A stretch of 19,662 bases of DNA from Candidatus Aenigmatarchaeota archaeon (GCA_043801595.1 JAZDLW010000027.1:1-19662), one strand, 5' to 3'. Counted from the first letter of the stretch, positions 9,316 to 17,044 are shown. Notes: a model not told the origin generated them from the letters alone. A program made the numbers and translations.

Positions 9316-9363
9316 AAATTAGTATGATCATTGTTGGGTATTAAAGTTGTCTGTTTTAAAATT

Positions 9364-10074
9364 TTATACCACCCGGTAATACAGCCGACGATTCGACTTA
9401 CCCTTGTTCTCCACATCGACCAATTCTATTCTTCCTATCTCGGAAGTGTTTTTAACGTGCGTTCCGCCGTCAGCTTGTGCATCGACATCGCCTATTTTTA
9501 CTATTCTCAATTCGGGTATTTCCGGCGGCAGCGCGTGCGCCAATTTAACAACCCCCGGAATTTTCATCGCGGTCTCGCGTTTCATGAACTCCGTTTCAAC
9601 AGGAATATTCCTCGCGATAATGTTGTTTGCAATATCGACATACCTGCTTATCTTTTCCCTGTCGAAATTCTCCATATTGAAATCCATGCGAGATTTATCA
9701 ATGTTTAGCTGGTTTCCGGTTATTAGAACACCTTCTTCTTTGTTGAACACGGCACTAAGAATGTGCGCGGCTGTGTGCATCCGCATCAATACGTGGCGGC
9801 GAGTCCAGTTTATCCCGCATTCCACCATATCGCCCGCACTTAATCCGTCTGTGCTGACTTTGTGGATTATCTCGTTGTTTTTTTTCGTGACTTCCACGAC
9901 GTCAAACGATGCGTCGGCATTGATAACGGAGATCGTGCCGGTGTCGCCGGGCTGCCCTCCGGACGACGGGTAGAAAGCGGTGACATCAAGTATCACGTTC
10001 GTCCCTTCGGTAGAAACAACTGCAGCTGTAAAGTTCCTTATGTACGAATCGTGCAGATAGAGTTGTTCCGCCAT
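9364..10074 (-). CDS. alaXM: Free-standing alanyl-tRNA editing protein AlaX-M
   Basis: LYLHDSY, TAFYPSSGGQPGDTG, MRMHTAAHIL (HxxxH), ADGGTHVKNTSEIG, KGKSNRRLY. Confidence 0.95.
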   Translation of the reverse strand: MAEQLYLHDSYIRNFTAAVVSTEGTNVILDVTAFYPSSGGQPGDTGTISVINADASFDVVEVTKKNNEIIHKVSTDGLSAGDMVECGINWTRRHVLMRMHTAAHILSAVFNKEEGVLITGNQLNIDKSRMDFNMENFDREKISRYVDIANNIIARNIPVETEFMKRETAMKIPGVVKLAHALPPEIPELRIVKIGDVDAQADGGTHVKNTSEIGRIELVDVENKGKSNRRLYYRVV

Positions 10075-10093
10075 TCGGATATTTTGAATTTTT

Positions 10094-10103
10094 TTTATTT
10101 AAG
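10094..10103. promoter_or_regulatory. TATA element apparently shared by divergent alaXM and archease genes
   Basis: TTTATTTAAG reads TTTATTTA on + (31 nt before ATG 10125) and CTTAAATA on - (29 nt before ATG 10074). Same spacing as other promoters in the window. Confidence 0.55.
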
Positions 10104-10124
10104 CCTATCATGACGATGTTATGC

Positions 10125-10556
10125 ATGGTTTACAGGTTCATTGAAGGATTGTCGCTTGCCGATGTCGCTTTTGAAGCGGAAGGCAAGACGCTCGAAGAAT
10201 TGTTCGAGTCCGCGGCGCTAGCCACGATGAACGTGATGGTAAAGGATCTCACAAAAATCGAACTAAAAAAACGCAGGAAGATCACGGTTTCTGCGAAGGA
10301 AATCGATAAGCTCCTTTTCAATTTTTTGCAGGAGATAATTTATGTCAAGGATGCGGAGCTTCTGATTTTCGGAAAGTACAAAATCAGGATAAGGGAGAGA
10401 GGCGACCTTTATTCCCTTGTGTGCAGCGCGTTCGGAGAAAAACGTGACATGGAAAAACACGAGCTGGTTGTTGATGTCAAGGCTGTCACCTATCACATGT
10501 TTGAGGTGAAGAAGGAAAAGGACAAGTGGAAAGCGCGGGTTATCCTAGATATTTGA
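10125..10556 (+). CDS. Archease (RtcB activation cofactor)
   Basis: YRFIE..ADVAFEAEGKTLEELF, LLFNFLQEIIY, DVKAVTYH, C-terminal ILDI. About 1.1 kb from rtcB. Start at MVYRF by family length and TATA spacing. Confidence 0.95.
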   Translation: MVYRFIEGLSLADVAFEAEGKTLEELFESAALATMNVMVKDLTKIELKKRRKITVSAKEIDKLLFNFLQEIIYVKDAELLIFGKYKIRIRERGDLYSLVCSAFGEKRDMEKHELVVDVKAVTYHMFEVKKEKDKWKARVILDI

Positions 10557-11771
10557 AAAGTAATCAGCCAGTTCCGATAATTTCACACAATCTTCTTTGC
10601 GGGTTTGCATGTTCCTTACCTTTGCGGTTTTATTTTTTATTTCGTCAGGCCCGACCACGACAACGTACGGTATTGCAAGCGCGCTGGCGTATTCGAGTTG
10701 TCGTTTGACGTTTCGGTCGCCGAGCTCGATGCTTGTGCTGATCCCTTTTTTCCTAAGATCGTTGGCAATGTTAAAAGCTTCTTTCCTGATATCGCCGATA
10801 ACCGCTATGAACACCTTTGACACCGTTTTCGCATCACCCTTGTCGAGAAGCTCGATCAGGCGGTCGATGCCTATTGACATGCCAACCGCAGGAAGGTCGC
10901 CGGCGCCATACAGCGACATAAGCTTGTCGTATCGTCCTCCGCCTCCGATGCTGACGGATAATGATGATACTACTTCGAAAACGTTGCCGGTGTAATATTC
11001 GAGCCCGCGGACAAGGCTGATGTCTATTTTTACACGTTTTCCGAAGCCGTTATCCTGAAGTATTTTTTTCAATTCCGAAAGCTCGTTGTACCCGTCAACA
11101 TCTTTCAGCGTAGAAACGTCCTTTCCAAGATAAGAAAATATTTCCTTCGCATCTACGCCGAGTTTTTTAAGCTCTTCATCAACGCCGTTTTTCCCGATCT
11201 TGTCCATTTTATCTATGATTCTGAACACGTCTTCTATCTTATTTTTTCCCACGCCGCATTTCAAAAGAATGCTTTCCAAAAATTTCCTGTTGTTGATGCG
11301 GACAACAAAATCTTTTAATCCGACTGCCTCCAGCGATTCTATTGCAGCCGATACGCACTCAGCATCGGCGGTTATCGACGACGAGCCCACTATATCCACA
11401 TCAGCCTGCGTGAACTGCCGCCAGCGCGATGCCTGCGGGTTATCGTAGCGCCAGACATCGCCTATTGCGTAGCGGCGGAACGGTTTCGGCATGTTCGGAT
11501 TGTTCGATAAAAATCTTGCAAGCGAGACTGTCAGATCGAAACGCAATCCTAGTTCACGGTTGCCCTGATCCTTGAAATTGTATATTTCGCGGCGTATTGC
11601 GTCGCCGCTGCCCTTCATTGAAAGCATATCAAAACTTTCCAATGCAGGCGTGTCCATTGGCGAGAAACCGTAGCGTTCGAAAACAGACCTTATCGCGTCT
11701 ACAGTTTTCTGTTTCTTTATCATATTCTCTGGCGCAAAATCGCGCATGCCTTTTGGCGGACTGAACTTCAT
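10545..11771 (-). CDS. hisS: Histidine--tRNA ligase (full length, with anticodon-binding domain)
   Basis: PKGMRDF, LRFDLT, motif 2 WRYDNPQASRWRQFTQ, HisA VRGLEYYTG, GGGGRYD, motif 3 AVGMSIGIDRL, C-terminal anticodon domain (QLEYA...VVVGPDE...VRNM). GGTGA SD 5 nt before ATG 11771 (11783 is the alternative). Confidence 0.96.
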   Translation of the reverse strand: MKFSPPKGMRDFAPENMIKKQKTVDAIRSVFERYGFSPMDTPALESFDMLSMKGSGDAIRREIYNFKDQGNRELGLRFDLTVSLARFLSNNPNMPKPFRRYAIGDVWRYDNPQASRWRQFTQADVDIVGSSSITADAECVSAAIESLEAVGLKDFVVRINNRKFLESILLKCGVGKNKIEDVFRIIDKMDKIGKNGVDEELKKLGVDAKEIFSYLGKDVSTLKDVDGYNELSELKKILQDNGFGKRVKIDISLVRGLEYYTGNVFEVVSSLSVSIGGGGRYDKLMSLYGAGDLPAVGMSIGIDRLIELLDKGDAKTVSKVFIAVIGDIRKEAFNIANDLRKKGISTSIELGDRNVKRQLEYASALAIPYVVVVGPDEIKNKTAKVRNMQTRKEDCVKLSELADYFSNI

Positions 11772-11791
11772 TCGATTCACCATTTACGTAT

Positions 11792-12415
11792 CTATTTGGG
11801 TCTTTCAATTAATATCGCATTGCTATCTAATACCTTTTCGAGCTTTTTTAATTCGTTTGCTTCGCTGGTTTTTCCGCCGTTAACCACGTCAACAACAACG
11901 TCGGTCAGGTCCAAATCAACCAAAGCTTCCCAAGAACCTTCCAAGCGATTCAGAGGTATTGAATTGACCTCGCTCCAAAGCCCCAGTTTCCTCATCATTC
12001 TTTCGCTTAATTTTGGATATGGGCTTGCCACGCGTATTGGCTGATTATAATTTTCCAGAGGTTTTCTTCCAAGGATATACAAACCGCAGTATCCGAAGTC
12101 CAAATCAGCGACTTTGTTTAGTCTTGTTGTATAACGGTTGCTTAAAAGATATTCCTCGAATATATCTTTACCTGTTATTCCGTAATCCCCTATCAATTCG
12201 GTTATTTGCGGAACGTCCCAGCTCCTCATTTTGACTATTCTCACCTTTTGCATTTTTTTTGCGCTTCCACTATAACGAACAAACCAATAACCTGGTAATG
12301 TTTCCACGTAGTCCTTTGAACTCAGATCAGCCGGGATTCCCAACGATTTTAGAAATTCTTCAGAACCTTTCGATAATTCGCCTTTTGGGCAAACATACGT
12401 AACCAATTCACCCAT
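11792..12415 (-). CDS. hisG: ATP phosphoribosyltransferase, short form (HisG-S)-like, divergent
   Basis: 207 aa from MGELV. PKGEL, RSWDVP, DYGITGKD, LDFGYC, RVASPYP, LEGSWE, DVVVDVVNGGKTSEANEL and SNAILI follow HisG motif order. No C-terminal ACT-like regulatory domain. Confidence 0.85.
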   Translation of the reverse strand: MGELVTYVCPKGELSKGSEEFLKSLGIPADLSSKDYVETLPGYWFVRYSGSAKKMQKVRIVKMRSWDVPQITELIGDYGITGKDIFEEYLLSNRYTTRLNKVADLDFGYCGLYILGRKPLENYNQPIRVASPYPKLSERMMRKLGLWSEVNSIPLNRLEGSWEALVDLDLTDVVVDVVNGGKTSEANELKKLEKVLDSNAILIERPK

Positions 12416-12590
12416 CTTTATCGCCCCTTTCCGCAACCAATTTATTATCTTTGATCGTAAGCCTAACTGAGATACCCTCAAGAAAACGCAGTTTAGCCCT
12501 TAATCTGATAGGAATAAAGATCCTGCCTTTTTTATCGATGTTGGATAGAATATAGCTAGAACTGGACAAACGCGTGAAGTGATTCACCAT
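12408..12590 (-). CDS. AbrB/MazE/SpoVT (MraZ-like) swapped-hairpin DNA-binding protein
   Basis: IDKKGRIFIPIRLRAKLRFLEGISVRLTIKDNKLV matches the family pattern. Stop overlaps the hisG start by 8 nt (ATGGGTGA). Start is ATG 12590 or TTG 12608. Confidence 0.85.
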   Translation of the reverse strand: MVNHFTRLSSSSYILSNIDKKGRIFIPIRLRAKLRFLEGISVRLTIKDNKLVAERGDKDG

Positions 12591-12605
12591 TGTTTTTGTC
12601 TGCCA

Positions 12606-12634
12606 CAAAGTTCACCTTTGCTATATTGATAGCA
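12606..12634. promoter_or_regulatory. Candidate operator: two adjacent inverted repeats upstream of abrB-hisG-hisS
   Basis: CAAAG-ttcac-CTTTG (12606-12620) and TGCTAT-attg-ATAGCA (12619-12634), just downstream of minus-strand TTAATATA (12645-12638). Confidence 0.4.
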
Positions 12635-12718
12635 GCGTATATTAATCTTCCAAGGTGGGAAAATCGCCTATAAAGCAGTCTGTATAAACGCTTAATCTTT
12701 AACCATCCATATCTAACT

Positions 12719-13489
12719 ATGAAAATCGCGGTAAGTGCGAACAACTGGGTCCGCCATTCCGACTTCGAATTATGGTTAAAGGAATGCGAAATGCTCGGTT
12801 TCGGCCATGTCGAGCTGACGGATACGGTCATAAACGAAAAAAACATTGCCGCACTGAAGCAATTTAAAATAAAACCGATTTCGATCCATCTTAACAAAAC
12901 GAAAGGCTTCAATCTCGATTCCTACGACGAGACGAACGAGTTTGAAAAGTACCTTGGCAGGTATTCGGAGATCGCGGTGATGCTCGGGGTGAAGACGATA
13001 AGTTTTACGATGCCGTCCTTCCGTTCGAACGCACGCCGTGCGGAAAGCAGTTTGAAGATTTCAATGCTAAAACCGCGTGCTGTCAAGGTTTTATTGGAAC
13101 TGCACTGCGATTCGCCAAACCAGATACTGAATAATTTTACATCTGTGCAGAATTTCATAGGAAGCACGAAGTCTGCGCTCGGCGTCCAAATTGAAACGTC
13201 GTACATGTTTTCGGAGGGCGTTACAGTCGAGAAGTTTCTGGAAAAATACGAGCGGAATGTGAAGTCTTTCCATGCCTCGGATTTCGTAACGAAGCTGGGC
13301 AAGGGCGGTTTTATCATAGGCGTCGGCGACGTAAGATGGGACAAATTATTGCAGACGATAAAGATGCTCGAGAAAAAAAACAAAGTTGATTATCCGTTCA
13401 TAATCGACCTTGACAGGAATTACACGCATCACGAGTCTTACATATCAAAGGAAATACTCGAGAAGATTGCTGCGGAAAAGGCCTTTTAG
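12719..13489 (+). CDS. Xylose isomerase-like TIM barrel (sugar-phosphate isomerase / AP endonuclease 2 fold), divergent
   Basis: MKIAVS start, LGFGHVEL, AVMLGVKTI, VLLELH, SFHASD, IGVGDVRWDKLL follow the family layout. Confidence 0.75.
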   Translation: MKIAVSANNWVRHSDFELWLKECEMLGFGHVELTDTVINEKNIAALKQFKIKPISIHLNKTKGFNLDSYDETNEFEKYLGRYSEIAVMLGVKTISFTMPSFRSNARRAESSLKISMLKPRAVKVLLELHCDSPNQILNNFTSVQNFIGSTKSALGVQIETSYMFSEGVTVEKFLEKYERNVKSFHASDFVTKLGKGGFIIGVGDVRWDKLLQTIKMLEKKNKVDYPFIIDLDRNYTHHESYISKEILEKIAAEKAF

Positions 13490-13500
13490 GCCGCGAAACG

Positions 13501-14169
13501 TCATACGACAACGCGCAAACCCGACGCAGTAAACTCGAGCGGGAAATATCCACGCGCATGTTTTGTGCGCCGCATTTTCCTTATTTCAATATTGTTGAAT
13601 TCTTCACCGCCAAGGCCGGTGTAATAAAGGCCGATAACGCCGTCTGCGATAAACTCTTCTATCGCGTAACGCGAAAAGCCTTTAGAACTTTCAGTCACCT
13701 CTGACGTCATCAATATTGTGCAACCGGTTTTTTTCAAACTCTGAACCAAACGGTAAATCTTTTCGCGCACCTTAAATTCATCCCGCACATACATAGCAAA
13801 GACGGATGTCGAATCTATTACGAGGCGTTTTGCACCTATTTTTTTAACTTCGTCGACAATGAGCTTGTTCGTATCTGCTATTTCGAGAGGATCGTAGAAA
13901 ACTATCTTGCACATTTTTTTCCTTTCATAAGCGTCAAAATTCCAGCCGAACATCATCGCGTCTTCCTTGACTTCTTCGGGCGACTGTTCGAAAGTAACGT
14001 AGACACAGGGCTCGCCTTTCTGCAAACCGTGCCATAAAAATTGAAGGCAGAACAACGTCTTTCCGGCACCGGTGTGACCGGAGACCAATACGGCTGAACC
14101 AGGAATTAAGCCTCCGCCGATAAGATCGTCAAGACCGCTTATGCCAGTTTTCACTCTTGATAATGCCAT
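13501..14169 (-). CDS. Second single-domain KaiC-like ATPase
   Basis: RVKTGISGLDDLIGGG, Walker A GHTGAGKT, TFEQ, RLVIDS, EEFIADG, RKMRRT. Own TATA (TTTTATTA) 30 nt upstream. Confidence 0.92.
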   Translation of the reverse strand: MALSRVKTGISGLDDLIGGGLIPGSAVLVSGHTGAGKTLFCLQFLWHGLQKGEPCVYVTFEQSPEEVKEDAMMFGWNFDAYERKKMCKIVFYDPLEIADTNKLIVDEVKKIGAKRLVIDSTSVFAMYVRDEFKVREKIYRLVQSLKKTGCTILMTSEVTESSKGFSRYAIEEFIADGVIGLYYTGLGGEEFNNIEIRKMRRTKHARGYFPLEFTASGLRVVV

Positions 14170-14252
14170 TATTATAAACTGGCTGTTGCTATAATAAAAG
14201 TTTACATTCCCTTATCGCAGGGTTTTAAATCAGCAACGTCCATAGTTATTTC

Positions 14253-15332
14253 ATGAAACGCTCGGCTGACGAAGACATAGAGTCGTATCTGGCAAAGCTA
14301 AAACCGATAATAAACAAAAGGATCGAAAAATGGATACCGCGGGGATACGACGAAAAATCGCTCGAGTTTGTGCTCGGCAGACCAAGATACAAAAACAGCG
14401 TTGAGACGTCAACGAAAGGCGTAACAGAGCCGATATGGGAGTTCCTGGACAGGGGCGGAAAGCGATGGAGACCAGCGTTAATGATCCTGATCGCCGAGGC
14501 GCTTGGGCTAAAGGGCGAGGATATCCTTGATTTTGCGATAATACCCGAGGTTGTGCATAACGGAAGTCTTGTTGTCGACGACATAGAGGATAACAGCGAT
14601 ATGCGGCGTGGAAAGCCTTCGCTGCACAAAATTTTCGGCGTGGACATTGCGATAAACGCCGGCAATACCATGTACTTTTTGCCGTTACTTGTCCTTCTAA
14701 AAAACAGCAAATTAGCGTCGGACAAAGTGAGGAAGCTTTACGACGTTGTTGTGCAGGAAATGATAAGCGTAAGTTTTGGACAAGCCATAGACATAGTCTG
14801 GCACAAAGGCGGCGGCGATTCGGAAAGGATAAGCGAGGAACAATACCTTCAGATGTGCGCTTACAAGACAGGTGCGCCTGTGCGGATGTCTGCGAAAATG
14901 GGCGCGATATTGGCAGGTGCTACAGCAGAGCAGACGGAAAGCGTTGCGGAATTTGCGGAAACGATCGGCGTCGCGTTCCAGATACAGGACGATATCCTAA
15001 ACATACTCGCCGGCGACAAATGGGGAAAGGAGTTCGGCGAAGACATCAAGGAGGGAAAACACACGCTGCTTGTAATACACACTTTGCAGAAAGCATCTGA
15101 TGCGGACAGAAAAAAGCTTCTTGAAATATTGAGAATGCATACAAACGATCGTGCATTGCTGGAGGCGGCGGTGGCTATAATAAAGAAGTACGGATCGCTC
15201 GAGTATGCGAAGGATTATGCAAGAAACATGGTAAAAAATTCCTGGGAAAGGATGGACAAAGTTTTGCCGGATTCGAGTTCCAAGGAAACTTTACGCTCGT
15301 TTGCAAATTTTTTGGTCGAGAGGGATTTGTGA
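14253..15332 (+). CDS. Polyprenyl diphosphate synthase (probable GGPP synthase)
   Basis: GGKRWRP, FARM HNGSLVVDDIEDNSDMRRG, GQAIDI, YKTG, SARM FQIQDDILN, GEDIKEGK. Overlaps the IDI-2 start. Confidence 0.95.
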   Translation: MKRSADEDIESYLAKLKPIINKRIEKWIPRGYDEKSLEFVLGRPRYKNSVETSTKGVTEPIWEFLDRGGKRWRPALMILIAEALGLKGEDILDFAIIPEVVHNGSLVVDDIEDNSDMRRGKPSLHKIFGVDIAINAGNTMYFLPLLVLLKNSKLASDKVRKLYDVVVQEMISVSFGQAIDIVWHKGGGDSERISEEQYLQMCAYKTGAPVRMSAKMGAILAGATAEQTESVAEFAETIGVAFQIQDDILNILAGDKWGKEFGEDIKEGKHTLLVIHTLQKASDADRKKLLEILRMHTNDRALLEAAVAIIKKYGSLEYAKDYARNMVKNSWERMDKVLPDSSSKETLRSFANFLVERDL

Positions 15333-16363
15333 TGCGCAAGACTGAATCGAGAAAACTAGACCATATAAACATAGTTTTGGAAAAGGAAGTGCGCAACAAA
15401 AATCCGTCCGGCTTTGGGGATGTCGAGTTAATACACGATGCGCTGCCGGAGATAAATTTTGACAATGTTGATACGAGTGCAGAGTTTCTGGGGAAAAAAC
15501 TTTCAGCGCCGATCATAATCAGCGCCATGACCGGAGGTACGAAAGAGGCGGAAAAGATAAACAAAAACCTGGCGAAAGCGGCTGAAGAATTTGGCATAGG
15601 CATGGGCGTAGGCTCGCAAAGGGCGATGATAGAAAACGGCAAGCTTTTGAGCACCTATTACGTGCGGGACGTTGCGCCGAACATTTTTTTGATCGGAAAC
15701 ATCGGAGCAGCACAACTTGTCAAAGGCTATGGCATCGAAGAATGTCGCAAGGCGGTAGAGATGATAAAGGCGGATGCGCTGGCAATACATCTTAACGCTG
15801 CGCAGGAACTTGTACAACCGGAAGGCGATGTTGACTGGGCTGGGGTTGTTGACAAGGTACGAATTATTTCAAAGGATTTGGGATATCCGGTTATTGCAAA
15901 GGAAACGGGCGCAGGAATAAGCGGCGACACTGCGAAAAAACTCGAGGCTGCGGGCGTTAAGGCCATAGACGTATCTGGCGCAGGCGGGACTTCGTGGACT
16001 GCGGTTGAATCGTTCCGCAATTCGCGTATCGGAGACACGTTCAACAACTGGGGAATACCGACTGCTGTTTCTGTAAAATGGTGCAAGCGATCTGTTAAAA
16101 TTCCGATCATTGCGTCAGGAGGAGTGTTAAACGGTCTTGATGCCGCAAAAGCGATAGCGATTGGCGCGGACATGTGTGCGGTTGCGAGACCGTTCTTAAA
16201 AGCAGCTACGATCAGTTATGAGAAGACGCGTATTGAAGTTGAAAAAGTCATACGCGAATTGAAGATTGCGATGTTCCTGACAGGGTCGAAAAACCTGCAT
16301 GAATTGCGGAATAAAAAGGCAGTGATAACAGGAAAAACGAAGGATTATCTGGGACAAATATAG
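15332..16363 (+). CDS. fni: Type 2 isopentenyl-diphosphate delta-isomerase (FMN-dependent)
   Basis: RKLDHI, SAMTGG, MGVGSQR, AIHLNAAQELVQPEGD, KETGAG, GAGGTSW, WGIPT, ASGG. ATG 15332 or GTG 15329. Confidence 0.97.
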   Translation: MRKTESRKLDHINIVLEKEVRNKNPSGFGDVELIHDALPEINFDNVDTSAEFLGKKLSAPIIISAMTGGTKEAEKINKNLAKAAEEFGIGMGVGSQRAMIENGKLLSTYYVRDVAPNIFLIGNIGAAQLVKGYGIEECRKAVEMIKADALAIHLNAAQELVQPEGDVDWAGVVDKVRIISKDLGYPVIAKETGAGISGDTAKKLEAAGVKAIDVSGAGGTSWTAVESFRNSRIGDTFNNWGIPTAVSVKWCKRSVKIPIIASGGVLNGLDAAKAIAIGADMCAVARPFLKAATISYEKTRIEVEKVIRELKIAMFLTGSKNLHELRNKKAVITGKTKDYLGQI

Positions 16364-16414
16364 TTCTGTGCATGTATCGTGCGTTTATAACCTTTAGCGT
16401 TCTTTTTAGATTTC

Positions 16415-17044
16415 ATGGGAAGACTGAGTTCGCTGTTAAGATCAGCCGAAGTGCTGGACGATCATCTGAAAAGAAATGACCGGTCAGATTACGAAAAGCG
16501 CTACAAAAAAACGGAAGCAAGTTTCGATGCATTGAGGAAAGATATGCTCGGCGGCGGATATTCAACAGGCAATAAAACCCGCGATTTTTGCTTTCTTGCC
16601 GAATGCAGCAGTTTTGATATGATAGCTGGCATAAAACATCCGGAATACGCGGAATGCGCCACATACATCAACGAATTCAGGTATAGGTTGGGGTCGTACA
16701 TAGGTGCGTTAGCATTGTACGAGGATGAAAAAACCGGAATATCATATTGCGGGCGAATACGCAACCCGCCTCTGAGAATCGACATTCCGAACATGATTGC
16801 GGAAATAAACGCAGGAAAGCTGATTGCTTTGAACAGCTCTGGCAAGTGGCGTAAAGAGGGCAAGAACATACCTGTCATTGACATTGCAAGATATGACGAC
16901 TTCGATGTGGTAGATTTGACATCAGAACTTGATCAGGTTGTTTTAGGCAATGCAGAAGTCGAAGAGCGGCTCGGAAGCGATTACAATCTTGTCCGCGATC
17001 TTATTACGCCGATTGCGCGCCAGCAGATCAGAATGGCTTTATAG
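16415..17044 (+). CDS. Hypothetical protein (209 aa, soluble)
   Basis: Long ORF filling the gap, with TTTATAAC 31 nt upstream of the ATG. No family recognised. Confidence 0.75.
   Translation: MGRLSSLLRSAEVLDDHLKRNDRSDYEKRYKKTEASFDALRKDMLGGGYSTGNKTRDFCFLAECSSFDMIAGIKHPEYAECATYINEFRYRLGSYIGALALYEDEKTGISYCGRIRNPPLRIDIPNMIAEINAGKLIALNSSGKWRKEGKNIPVIDIARYDDFDVVDLTSELDQVVLGNAEVEERLGSDYNLVRDLITPIARQQIRMAL

Noticed and set aside
10545..11771. Calling this gene hisZ because it follows a short hisG
   Set aside because: It keeps motif 2 arginines, HisA, motif 3 and a complete anticodon-binding domain, so it reads as a true HisRS.
12416..12481. N-terminal extension of hisG from TTG 12481
   Set aside because: Lies inside the AbrB gene. 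HisG homology starts at MGELV, which has an SD-like element.
11792..12660. Recent horizontal acquisition of abrB-hisG suggested by lower GC
   Set aside because: Hand count gives about 41% GC over 11821-12420, within the local variation seen in neighbouring genes. No integrase, tRNA or flanking direct repeats found.
4692..14169. Circadian clock or RadA/RadB recombinase calls for the two ATPases
   Set aside because: Single-domain proteins without the ST phosphosites or KaiA/KaiB. The FEE/FEQ and KMR motifs are KaiC-like, not RadA-like.
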